Positions 1 to 9,044 of a DNA stretch of 64,000 nucleotides are shown piece after piece. The first letter of the stretch is position 1. The number at the start of each line of letters is the position of its first letter. The DNA comes from an uncultured archaeon (GTDB lineage Archaea; Thermoplasmatota; Penumbrarchaeia; JASLWR01): contig CAYFHS010000007.1 in the NCBI GenBank assembly GCA_964342815.1, positions 1-64,000 on the forward strand, given 5' to 3'. The translations under genes and the position numbers were made by a program. The notes beneath the pieces were generated by a model that worked only from the letters and a program-made list of their open reading frames with translations, searched no databases and was not told the origin of the DNA.

Positions 1-199
1 TACCCTGCTGGCCTTCCTGGCCGTTGGATACACCATCACCGTCGGAATCCGCATCGGGATTGCCTGGTTCCTGGTTATCGGGAACACCGTTCCCGTCACT
101 GTCACCGCTACCGCCTCCGGTTAAGCCGGCATTTGCCATGCCGCATAGGGCGACGAGCACCAAAAAGGCGCCAACCAATATTGCTATTCCTTTTTTCAT
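1..199 (-). CDS. Secreted protein with Asp/Gly-rich DxDxDG-type (thrombospondin-3-like) Ca-binding repeats; runs off the window start
   Basis: Manual translation, not in the ORF track: ATG at 199 after AGGTGA; MKKGIAILVGAFLVLVALCGMANAG signal peptide, then DSDGNGVPD and DSDGDGVSN. Confidence 0.75.
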   Translation of the reverse strand, partial: MKKGIAILVGAFLVLVALCGMANAGLTGGGSGDSDGNGVPDNQEPGNPDADSDGDGVSNGQEGQQG

Positions 200-252
200 G
201 TTTTTCACCTGCTATATTTCATTATATTTTTCGAAGTCTTATTTCTTTACAG

Positions 253-325
253 GATAATTCGAATTATCTATATATAAAGCTTATAGAACAATGTTCGAAC
301 TATACTAGGACAATCTTCGAACTAT
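253..325. promoter_or_regulatory. Candidate transcription-factor operator array
   Basis: Perfect 16-bp palindrome GATAATTCGAATTATC (253-268) and two 15-bp direct repeats CAAT(G/C)TTCGAACTAT (289-303, 311-325) 22 bp apart, upstream of the gene starting at 199. Confidence 0.35.
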
Positions 326-421
326 CTCGATTACTTTATAAAGGGATTGATTCCCGGGTCGGATAATATCCCAAGGCAAATGCACGTCATTTATTCCTGA
401 TTGACTAGATATCCCAAAATA

Positions 422-2758
422 TCATCGGGAACTCTTGCGCCGCCCTTCTCCCTCAAATCGTTTTTCCTTGCCTGTCTTTTCACTTGAGGGCAGTTCACTC
501 ACGCTCAATTCCGGGGCCAGTTTGTATTCGAATGACTCCATGCCCGGCGCTCCCGATCTCTGTATGTTTTTCTTAGTATTTCCCCTGACAACGTTATCTG
601 CTCTTCTAACACCCAGGAAAAGAATGGTCAACAGGAACATCCCCATGATCACACCTATGACTATTATCGTACCCACGGAAGTTCTCTCCCCGGTTGTCGA
701 TATTTCCATATTTATAAGCTCGAACGTATGGTTGTAATTATTGTCATTATCTAGAATCAGGAACACAGTTGAATTCACATACCCTTTAGCATAGGCGGTG
801 ATATTGTAAAATCCACTTGATAGATCGCGTCGCACCACCGGACCGTCAGCCGGGATATCCAGAAAGAATCCATCTCGGGTTATATTTATTCGTGGCGCTG
901 CCGAAAACTCCAGAGGCACCCCGCCTTCACCTGTGACGTTCAAATGAATAATGGGCAGAAATACCTGTGCCGCGGTCCTGAAACTGAATGAATAACCATC
1001 AATAAAAACTGACTGGCCATCTGAATCCCTGAGCAGGGGGGTTATCACCACAGTGTAAGAGGAATCATATGCGAGGTTCGCCTTCCTCTTCAGGATGATG
1101 ATGTTTTCACCGGTCATTAGTAGTTCGCGGCTTATGAGATTACCGTTGGAATCCAGCACAAATACGGTGGAAGCGTTCAACGTATCTCGAGAAATGGGAA
1201 CCTTGAACTCAATTGTAATGGGCTCTGACACGATAACCTCTCGAGCACCGTCCACGGGAACCGTGGTCTGTACTGGTTCGTAGTCGGTCTTGAAACGGTA
1301 GGAGAAATCTCTCCATATCACTTCTCCATTGTCAAGGGCTCTTATTTCCTTTTTCAAAATCAAATCATGCCATGAAAATTCCTTCATATCCTCCAGTGTA
1401 GTGATCCGAACCGAACGCATGTCCTCGCCTGGTGCAATCATGCGGTTGACTGCAATATTGGAATTCCCGTCAGAACGGTAAAGACGAACCGTGCTTATAT
1501 TTACGGTATTGGGATCCAATTCCACGGGAAACTCTACCACCAGTGTTTTATTTACCGGTATCTTGTATACTGAACTCTCGAGGAATTTTACATTAAAAGG
1601 GGGCGCATCCTCTCTAATTGTGAAGTTTACTACGATGGTTTTTTCCTCGCCGACATAGGCTCCCGGATAATATTCTTTAGAGTAATGCTCTTTCATGGCT
1701 ATTAGAGTACAGGTGGTCCTGGCAAAAACCGATAGTAGGTAATTACCGTCCTCAGAGGTCATGGATTGTACTACTTCATTGCTCACGGCGGCATCCGGAA
1801 CCGCCGAACCGTCCGGTAGTGAAACCCAGCCTGTGATATATCCTAGAATCGGCTCCAGATAAATGGTAATAACTTGATTGTTTGAAACATTCGCTGTCGT
1901 TTTGTTCCCGTGGTACTTAGAATGACTGACATTGATTATGTTGGGCCCGTTATATATTGTTCGGTTGCTGTACCTCCGAGCGGTCTCCATGGTAACTACT
2001 GGTATAGTTCCTTTCTTATCGGTCATATCCGTTGATAAAAGAGAACCCTCCATGCTTTCAATACTGACCGTTGCTACTTCAACCGGACCCAGATACCAGG
2101 ACGTGACCGTTATATGAAGATATTCCTGAAAATACAATATCGAACTGCCTTCTATCTCTATCTCTTCATGGTCAATAGTTGAATTCAGCAGGGTCAAATG
2201 ACTATTGTTCTGCAAGAGCATTTCCTCTCCTATGCTGATGTTCGATGAATCCATGGAACCGGTGGCATTCGACATAATAAAGGAGGCGAAACCTTCCAAT
2301 TTGCTCCAGTACAGACTTAGCCTTCCAAGGCAGGTTATGTTGTATCCCTTTACCGTCCCATTGGCGTTGAGTGTGGTATTTTCCATCACTAAAGAGGAGC
2401 TTCGGTCGATTTCGATACTAATCCCATATGGGTCGGGAGCCTCAATCAGCACTTCACAATCCCTTAAAGTTAGATCCGAGTTGTTAGTGAGAATGATATC
2501 TCCCTTGATTATCAGTTTTTCACCCGTATAAATTTCATCCTCACCATCGAAATTAAGTCCCGGAAGCTCGATGACTTCTCCACGCTCTGCTGTAATGAAT
2601 CTTCCCGTTGATGATCGAACCTCACTATGATTGAGAGACGAGAAATCCCTGCCCACCAATGGGAGTTCAGGAGAAAAAATGATTGAAATAAGGGTAAAAA
2701 TAAACGTGAACAGAATTAATTGACGGCACTTTATTCCATTGCAGAGATGTATCGACAT
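422..2758 (-). CDS. Cell-surface protein: N-terminal hydrophobic segment, beta-helix-like region, carboxypeptidase-regulatory-like and two Ig-like (Big_5/SbsA-like) domains, C-terminal TM anchor
   Basis: 778-aa ORF; repeated 'PIT(I/V)EF..P(I/L)...T(L/V)N..TV' and 'YSF.F.T' Ig motifs; TM segment IIVIGVIMGMFLLTILFLGV followed by a charged tail. Confidence 0.65.
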   Translation of the reverse strand: MSIHLCNGIKCRQLILFTFIFTLISIIFSPELPLVGRDFSSLNHSEVRSSTGRFITAERGEVIELPGLNFDGEDEIYTGEKLIIKGDIILTNNSDLTLRDCEVLIEAPDPYGISIEIDRSSSLVMENTTLNANGTVKGYNITCLGRLSLYWSKLEGFASFIMSNATGSMDSSNISIGEEMLLQNNSHLTLLNSTIDHEEIEIEGSSILYFQEYLHITVTSWYLGPVEVATVSIESMEGSLLSTDMTDKKGTIPVVTMETARRYSNRTIYNGPNIINVSHSKYHGNKTTANVSNNQVITIYLEPILGYITGWVSLPDGSAVPDAAVSNEVVQSMTSEDGNYLLSVFARTTCTLIAMKEHYSKEYYPGAYVGEEKTIVVNFTIREDAPPFNVKFLESSVYKIPVNKTLVVEFPVELDPNTVNISTVRLYRSDGNSNIAVNRMIAPGEDMRSVRITTLEDMKEFSWHDLILKKEIRALDNGEVIWRDFSYRFKTDYEPVQTTVPVDGAREVIVSEPITIEFKVPISRDTLNASTVFVLDSNGNLISRELLMTGENIIILKRKANLAYDSSYTVVITPLLRDSDGQSVFIDGYSFSFRTAAQVFLPIIHLNVTGEGGVPLEFSAAPRINITRDGFFLDIPADGPVVRRDLSSGFYNITAYAKGYVNSTVFLILDNDNNYNHTFELINMEISTTGERTSVGTIIVIGVIMGMFLLTILFLGVRRADNVVRGNTKKNIQRSGAPGMESFEYKLAPELSVSELPSSEKTGKEKRFEGEGRRKSSR

Positions 2759-2831
2759 CGAATCAATATATAGGTGACGGATAGTTATATAATTTACTAA
2801 TAAGTGAATGATAATAATTCCTCAGGCCAAA

Positions 2832-3302
2832 TTATTCATCATTTAGCCCATCTAAATCCAAATAGATACCTTTCAAACCGGTTTTATCTTCCGTTCTTCT
2901 TTCAAGGCTTAAGTCGCTTTTCAGCAGCACTATCTCATTGGTTATTTCCACCATACCATCTATTAGATGACCCCCTAATGCTCTCTTTTTTTCATCCCCA
3001 AGCACCGCGTGAAAATGAAAAAGATATTCGCCCTTCTGTTGAATGACATTACCGGCCAATGATAGCAGTTCAAGAGCTTTGTGGAATTTCTGAAGCAGGT
3101 AATTGCCTTTCTCCCTGAAATAACCCAACTTGACATGTTTCAGCTGACCTATTCCCGAGATCACCACTGCGGTCTTGACATTATGCTGCTCACACACTAC
3201 CTGTAACTGTTCGTATATATTCTCGTCCGGAAACAATCTAACGAATATCAGGCCGTCCTTTTCCCTGCTCTGCATGTTTTTCAACTCGTTTCTCACTTCC
3301 AA
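2832..3302 (-). CDS. PPC/DUF296 domain protein
   Basis: Motifs 'SGIGQL', 'ELLSLAGNV', 'FHFHAVLGD', 'GGHL'. Confidence 0.9.
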   Translation of the reverse strand: MEVRNELKNMQSREKDGLIFVRLFPDENIYEQLQVVCEQHNVKTAVVISGIGQLKHVKLGYFREKGNYLLQKFHKALELLSLAGNVIQQKGEYLFHFHAVLGDEKKRALGGHLIDGMVEITNEIVLLKSDLSLERRTEDKTGLKGIYLDLDGLNDE

Positions 3303-3349
3303 TCATACTGTATCCAGTATTCCACCATCGAATCGTGGATATTAACAGC

Positions 3350-4555
3350 TTAAAGCAATATAAATCCGGCTGTAAAACCGATCACCAGCGCTACGACCAT
3401 TGGAATGGCAAGGCGTTTCAATATTGATCTGTAGGAAACCTTGAAATATTCCATGGTGACAATGAGACAGGGGTGTACCGGTGAGATCACGTAACCCAGG
3501 AAAACGGCAAAGTACATTATGGAGAATGCTATCAATGACATGGAACCGAATTTTGTAATGTAAATCGGATAAAGTATGAATACGGGAGCAACCACCCTTC
3601 CCATGGCGGCCCCTAGGAAGAATCCGATTCCCACCAGCAGTAAAGTAGCTGAAACCTCCAGTTTCTTTATGTTGTTGGGTCCCTCAGAAGCCTGGAACAT
3701 ACCGAGAAAAAAGAACATTCCAAGGATGATCAAGGCAAAGTTCCATGGCTTCATTTTCTTTATTACAGGTAGTATGGCCTTCTTCCCTATTCGTCCGAAA
3801 TACAGTGAGATTACCAGACTGAACGAGACGCCAATGACCAGAGCCAGCTCGGATCTCATCTCACCAAATAACCCCCTATATTTGAAGATATACATCAGGC
3901 AAATGTGGATTGTTGGGGCTGCAAGCACAATATATAGAGGTGTGAATAGTCGTTTCAAGCTGAATCTTTCTTTGTATTCAACGGTCCCCTGAACCTGTTT
4001 GATCAGCGAAAAGTGACCGAGGATGAGCAGGATGAAGAATCCCGGAAGGGTATAGAGTACGGCAACATAAAGGTTGAAGCTTGCAACTTTTGTTATTGCC
4101 AGAAGAGTCCCCAGAGGGTAGATCAGAATGAATAGATGCCGGTACCAGACGTTGATGGCCGATTTCAGATCATTAGCGACCCCCCGGCCCCCCCTTTCCA
4201 CCAGTGGAGCCGAGAGAAGCGCCCCGCCGGGCATTGGCAGAAGACCTATCAGAGCAGGGGATACCGATAAAAAGGCCTTTTGATTCATCCTGAGGTTGTT
4301 AACAAGATCGTCCATCAAGCCCGAATGTTCCATCACGCCTCCGATTATGGGGATGATCCCGATGGCAAGTGAGAGAAGAAGTATCGAAGGATCGGTGAAT
4401 GTGTCCCGAAAAACATCCGGCATACCCGGAAGTCCGGGGCTGAATATCCCGAGATACAAAGCTCCCACGAACATGGCCAGCCACAGGCTCTTTCTCGCTA
4501 TGACGAGGATAAGAAATAGTGCGGAAAATAACCCAATCCAGACCAGGGCAGTCAT
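3350..4555 (-). CDS. DUF401-family (TRAP large-subunit-like) membrane protein; probable ATG at 4555 (ORF open from 4621)
   Basis: About 11-12 TM segments; 'IGLLPMPGGALLSAP', 'NVWYRH', 'SPVHPCL'. Confidence 0.8.
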   Translation of the reverse strand: MTALVWIGLFSALFLILVIARKSLWLAMFVGALYLGIFSPGLPGMPDVFRDTFTDPSILLLSLAIGIIPIIGGVMEHSGLMDDLVNNLRMNQKAFLSVSPALIGLLPMPGGALLSAPLVERGGRGVANDLKSAINVWYRHLFILIYPLGTLLAITKVASFNLYVAVLYTLPGFFILLILGHFSLIKQVQGTVEYKERFSLKRLFTPLYIVLAAPTIHICLMYIFKYRGLFGEMRSELALVIGVSFSLVISLYFGRIGKKAILPVIKKMKPWNFALIILGMFFFLGMFQASEGPNNIKKLEVSATLLLVGIGFFLGAAMGRVVAPVFILYPIYITKFGSMSLIAFSIMYFAVFLGYVISPVHPCLIVTMEYFKVSYRSILKRLAIPMVVALVIGFTAGFILL

Positions 4556-4625
4556 GGAATCTTGGAATGGACTCCAATCATAATAAGATTTACGTTTTAA
4601 GTAACTAATGCCGTTCCCCAACCGA

Positions 4626-5357
4626 TCATAAGTACCGATTCAGCCATTCCGCAGACATATTTACCAGTTTAAGGAGATGTTCCTCACAGCTGTAACTGTG
4701 ATCGGCGCCCTGTATTATCTCCAACCTTTTTTCGGATTGAACATGATCGTACAATTTTTTTGCATGGAGGGGTGGGACCAGGGGATCTCCGCTTCCCTGT
4801 ACGAACAGCACGGGGCAGTGGATCCGGCTCAATGCTTTATCCATTTTCATGTCCCATCTCCTTGAATCCTCCAGAAAATTCATCCCAAATCTAATCCCGT
4901 CGATCTCGCAAGTTCCTGTTTCTAGATATTCATCTTCCAGCAGTTCAGCCATTGAATGCGGAGAAGAAACACTCACAATTACCTTCACACGAGGATCTGT
5001 CCCGGCACGTAATAAAGAAAGGTAAGCCCCAAGACTGCTCCCGAACAGGCCAATTTTTCGTATGTCAAACTGTTGTTCCATATGATCGAGAACCGAAGAC
5101 AGGTCATCCATCCTCTTTGAAGGGACCGAATCCTGCAGCAGACCGTCGCTGCTGCCGCAGCCCCGAAAGTCGAATCTCAACGAATAATAACCGGCTTTCT
5201 CAAGAAGAGTGGAAAGTAGAACCGCCTTTGGACTCATTCTGCTGGCCAGCAGTCCATGGCACATGACGATGCATTTATCACTCTTCTCATATAGCGGTAC
5301 ATGAACTGTTCCTATTATTTTCTCTTTATCTACGTAGATGATTAGGTCCCTTTGCAT
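4626..5357 (-). CDS. Alpha/beta-fold hydrolase
   Basis: 'HGL', 'FDFRGCGSSDG', nucleophile elbow GSSLG, 'GSGDPLVP', 'GADH'. Confidence 0.9.
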   Translation of the reverse strand: MQRDLIIYVDKEKIIGTVHVPLYEKSDKCIVMCHGLLASRMSPKAVLLSTLLEKAGYYSLRFDFRGCGSSDGLLQDSVPSKRMDDLSSVLDHMEQQFDIRKIGLFGSSLGAYLSLLRAGTDPRVKVIVSVSSPHSMAELLEDEYLETGTCEIDGIRFGMNFLEDSRRWDMKMDKALSRIHCPVLFVQGSGDPLVPPLHAKKLYDHVQSEKRLEIIQGADHSYSCEEHLLKLVNMSAEWLNRYL

Positions 5358-5397
5358 CGTTCATCACCACGTTTAAACCCAAAAAACAGCAGAAAAT

Positions 5398-5734
5398 CCC
5401 CGGCTACCGGGGGATGAATGCTCCTGTAACCACACTTGGCGAAGGAGTAGCAAAGCCCAAAGGGGTTTGCGGAGTGTAACGGGCTCCTCCTGTCGTTTCC
5501 GAGGTTGAAATCCACAGATGCATCCGTAGAAAATCCGCAGGTTTTCGAGGATGGAGGCGTATCACCGATGCGTCCGCAGGGGGGTCATCCCTGAGGGCGC
5601 AGCAACGTCGTAGATGTTGCGTAGCGAAGCGTGCGCCGGAACGATAGTGGGCACCTGTAAGCACACTTGCTGAAGGTGCAGGGGAAACTTGTTTCCCCGT
5701 AATGAAATGTGCATCCGTGGGTGATTCATTCATC
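5398..5734. other. Hairpin-dense non-coding element (candidate ncRNA or ssDNA-structured/REP-like element); family and strand not assigned
   Basis: About 9 stem-loops; duplicated motif at 5420-5448 and 5651-5679 with compensatory base changes; ends complementary (GATGAATG 5413-5420 / CATTCATC 5727-5734). Confidence 0.55.
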
Positions 5735-6109
5735 ACCGCGGCTGGAAACCGTCCGTGCGAATATTCCTCCCCGGGGGGCCCAGTCGATCTCCACCGTAAG
5801 CCGGACCGGATCGCAGGCCTGAAATAATCTTTCTGCCATCTCCTCGCAGATGTACTCCTGCCAATTTTTCAGATTACGCCATGATGCAAGATAATCACGC
5901 AAGGACTTGCTTTCCAATAACTTTTCCCGGGGACTATACCGGATATGCACTACTCCCGCATCATGCCTTCCCGAGACCGGACACAGGGACTGGAATTCGG
6001 GATACTCAAGTTCCACATCGGGAGTATGACTCCGTGTGGGGATGGTGATGAGTTCAATCTTTTCGGGTATCTCGGTCCCCGCTTCGGCTGCTTCAGTATA
6101 ATCGGTAAT
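5726..6109 (-). CDS. queF: 7-cyano-7-deazaguanine (preQ0) reductase QueF, type I; probable ATT start at 6109 (ORF track uses GTG 6016)
   Basis: 'PEFQSLCPVSGRHD' with catalytic Cys, QueF-motif-like 'ESKSLRDY', 'PRGGI'. The frame stays open upstream of 6016 (TDYTEAAEAGTEIPEKIE) and GGAGG lies 7 nt before ATT. Confidence 0.85.
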   Translation of the reverse strand: MTDYTEAAEAGTEIPEKIELITIPTRSHTPDVELEYPEFQSLCPVSGRHDAGVVHIRYSPREKLLESKSLRDYLASWRNLKNWQEYICEEMAERLFQACDPVRLTVEIDWAPRGGIFARTVSSRGDE

Positions 6110-6120
6110 TGCAATTCCTC

Positions 6121-7053
6121 CTATATTCTGCAGGTGTTCCAGTATGGATTTATCAGGTCCTCGAATGCTGCCACCGCCGCTACTGCTCCCTCACCGCATG
6201 CTACGATAATCTGCTTGACACCACCGCTGATGTCGCCTACCGCATAAACGTAACGTTCGTTTGTTCTCTGGAATCGGTCTGTATTAACATACCCCTTCTC
6301 GTCCATTTCCAATCCCAGCTCTCCGGCCAAGTGGTTATTCGGGATTTCACCCACGGAAATAAATATGCCATCGAATCTTTCAAGTCTTTCTTCTCCTGTT
6401 GTCGGATTTCTGATCCTTGCTAACTTTTCCGTCCCGTCTTCAGATATCTCCTCGAGAACTGATGACAATATCATCTTGATGCTTCGTTCCTGCATGGCGT
6501 CCTTTAAGGCGCATTCCGCTCTCAATTCATCCTTGCGGTGTATCAATTTTACCCTGCATCCCATATCATGGAGATGGATTGCGTCCATAACAGCCGAGTT
6601 CCCTCCACCCACCACAAGAACACTTTTTCCCCTGAAGAAAAAACCGTCACAAGTTGCGCAATATGAGACTCCCTTTCCCTGGAATTCTTCTTCCCCTTGA
6701 ATGTTGAGTTTGGAATGCCGGGAACCGGTAGCAAGGATCACTGCCCTGGTTTCGTAATCTGTCTTGTCCGTTGTGATGGCGAAGCCTGAGTCCGTGGTTT
6801 TTATTTCCAAAACTTCCTCGAACTCGTTGATTTCGGAGTATTTTTGTGCATGGTCTTTGAACTTTTCAGCAAGGTCCATCCCCTTTAGACCTACGAAGCC
6901 CAAGTAATTCTCGATCCAAGGGGCCTCGCTCACCAAGCCGCCACACATTCCCTTTTCTATTACTATAGTTTTCAAACCGTTCCTGACACAATAGATCGAG
7001 GCGGATAAACCCCCGGGTCCACCTCCGATTATAATCACATCCTTTTTTTCCAT
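6121..7053 (-). CDS. trxB: Thioredoxin-disulfide reductase
   Basis: GGGPGG FAD motif, 'GVSYCATCDG' redox CxxC, 'VGGGNSA', 'YAVGD'. Confidence 0.95.
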   Translation of the reverse strand: MEKKDVIIIGGGPGGLSASIYCVRNGLKTIVIEKGMCGGLVSEAPWIENYLGFVGLKGMDLAEKFKDHAQKYSEINEFEEVLEIKTTDSGFAITTDKTDYETRAVILATGSRHSKLNIQGEEEFQGKGVSYCATCDGFFFRGKSVLVVGGGNSAVMDAIHLHDMGCRVKLIHRKDELRAECALKDAMQERSIKMILSSVLEEISEDGTEKLARIRNPTTGEERLERFDGIFISVGEIPNNHLAGELGLEMDEKGYVNTDRFQRTNERYVYAVGDISGGVKQIIVACGEGAVAAVAAFEDLINPYWNTCRI

Positions 7054-7304
7054 ATTTCTTTCCTCACGGACCGTGGAACTTACGGTAGATCAAATGGGAT
7101 ATCTCCCTTCAAAGACAAATATCTTTTTCTTTTTCTGTACCTCGAAAAAAAAAAATCGGTCACGTTGGTGGGCAGAGCGGATGAAAGCTTTTCATAAAAG
7201 AAGCAAAAATTTTATAATGTGATGGAATATTATAACGGGCATCTCCCATTGGCCTCGAATGGAATAATAGCTGGAGGATTGGACAACATCAAGTTCTCCA
7301 GAGG

Positions 7305-9044
7305 TTGGCAGATAGTTCAAATTTAGAAATGAATTCCGGTGACATAATGGTATATGATCCCGTGAAGGAGCTTCTCAATGAAGGGGAGGAGCTTATTGAC
7401 GAAGGTCGCTTCAAGGAAGCGATCGAAACCTTCGATGAAGTTCTGGAGATGGACCCAGATCATGAAGAAGGATGGTTCAACAGAGGATTGTGCCTTTTCA
7501 ATTTGAAGTTCTTCGAAGATGCCATAGAGTGTTTCAAAGAAGTTATTGAAATAAATCCTAAAAATGAATCGGGCTGGAACAATTACGGTCTGGTATTATT
7601 GGAGCTTGATAAATACCAGGAAGCCCTGGAATCTTTCGACAAGGTGACCGATCTGAATCCGGATAATATCGACGCCTGGTTCAACAAAGGCTCCCTGCTG
7701 GCAAAGGTCAAGCGCTATGAGGACGCTATTGCATGTTACGATAAGGTTCTCGAGATCAGACCCGAAGATGAGGAAGCCTACAGAAATCGGAAACAGGCTG
7801 AATTCAAGGTTAAAAGGAACAAAAAGATAGAAGAGGAAAGAAAGGCGATTGCGAGAATGTACCGGGGCCCTTCGGTGACCCGCGAACGTGACAACATTGA
7901 AGATGCAGAGGAATGGCTGGATGTGGGATTGGACTATTTTGACCGAGGCGAATATGAAAAGGCCATCAATTATTTCAATAAAGCATTGAAGATCGACAAG
8001 AATAACGAAGAAGCTTGGTTGATGTACGGAACCGCTTGCAAGGAACTGGAGGACTATCAGAACGCAATGAACTATTTCGATAAGGTAACTGACATCAATC
8101 CGAACAATACGAAAGCTTGGTGCAAGAAAGGAGAGCTGCTTATATTCTTTAAGAAATATCAAGATGCAATGGTCTGCTACGAAGAGGTACTGGAGATCGA
8201 GCCGCGGAACCATGAAGCAATAGAATGCATAAAGGATATCAAGGCCAAATTGAATCGAAAGGAGCAGTTGAAATATTCAAAAGTGGTCCCAATCGATGAG
8301 ATGGGGAAATCCGCAGAGGCCGATTACGGGGTTGAAATATTCAAGATGGAGGACTACACTGACGATGGTAGATTCGTCAGTGATGGAGAATGGGTGGACC
8401 GTGGTGCAAAATTCCTCATGGATGACGATCACAGGCGGGCGGTACAATGCTTCAATAGGGCCCTTGAGATCAATCCCGATAATGTTGAAGCCCTGTTTTC
8501 AATGGGCAATTCTCTCGTTAAGATGAAACAGGCAGTGGACGCGATAGACTATTACAATGAGGCGTTGAAATTCAGGGATGACCGAGACGACATTTGGTTC
8601 AATAAAGGTATTGCCCTCTTTCAGAGCAGACAGCCTGAGGAGGGGATTGCATGCTTCAAGAAAGCCCTGGATATCAATCCCTATAAAAAAGAAGCATGGT
8701 ACAACATGGGGGCCGCCTACAATTCTCTCAACATGGTCATGGAAGCCATAGAGGCTTACAGCAAGGTCATAAAACTGGATAAAAAATATGCCGATGCCTG
8801 GTACAATCTTGCAAATGCATACGTGAAGATAGGAAAGGTCCGAAAAGCTCTTAAAGCTTATGACAGCGCTATAAAAAACGACCCACATAACCCCGAATTC
8901 TACTACAATCAGGGTATCACTTATTACGAGCTCAGCCGGTACAAGGAAGCTATCACGTGTTTTAGAAATGCCCTCGATATAAAACCGAATTACAGACCTG
9001 CCGAGGAGGCGCTGGCTATTGCCGAGGTGGAGAAGCGGCGGTAA
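7305..9044 (+). CDS. Tetratricopeptide-repeat protein (three TPR clusters)
   Basis: Many 34-aa 'W.NKG..L....RY.EA..CY.KAL.I.P' repeats. Confidence 0.95.
   Translation: MADSSNLEMNSGDIMVYDPVKELLNEGEELIDEGRFKEAIETFDEVLEMDPDHEEGWFNRGLCLFNLKFFEDAIECFKEVIEINPKNESGWNNYGLVLLELDKYQEALESFDKVTDLNPDNIDAWFNKGSLLAKVKRYEDAIACYDKVLEIRPEDEEAYRNRKQAEFKVKRNKKIEEERKAIARMYRGPSVTRERDNIEDAEEWLDVGLDYFDRGEYEKAINYFNKALKIDKNNEEAWLMYGTACKELEDYQNAMNYFDKVTDINPNNTKAWCKKGELLIFFKKYQDAMVCYEEVLEIEPRNHEAIECIKDIKAKLNRKEQLKYSKVVPIDEMGKSAEADYGVEIFKMEDYTDDGRFVSDGEWVDRGAKFLMDDDHRRAVQCFNRALEINPDNVEALFSMGNSLVKMKQAVDAIDYYNEALKFRDDRDDIWFNKGIALFQSRQPEEGIACFKKALDINPYKKEAWYNMGAAYNSLNMVMEAIEAYSKVIKLDKKYADAWYNLANAYVKIGKVRKALKAYDSAIKNDPHNPEFYYNQGITYYELSRYKEAITCFRNALDIKPNYRPAEEALAIAEVEKRR

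Noticed and set aside
5398-5734. Identification of the element as SRP RNA, RNase P RNA, or a glycine, cobalamin or preQ1 riboswitch
   Set aside because: The 5' part resembles an SRP Alu domain (GGGGG-loop-CTCC-TGTAA) and the length fits, but the helix-8 CAGG..GGAA..AGCA motif is absent. The RNase P GAGGAAAGUCC and ACAGAA..GGCUUA motifs and the glycine CUCUCAGG motif are also absent.
5404-5736. 110-aa minus-strand ORF (MMNESPT...) overlapping the queF stop
   Set aside because: No recognisable motif, and the sequence is better explained by base-pairing constraints. Not fully excluded, because GGTG-ATG resembles an RBS/start overlap.
9016-9044. 29-nt convergent overlap of rlmE and the TPR gene
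   Set aside because: Ordinary 3' run-on; no evidence of function.
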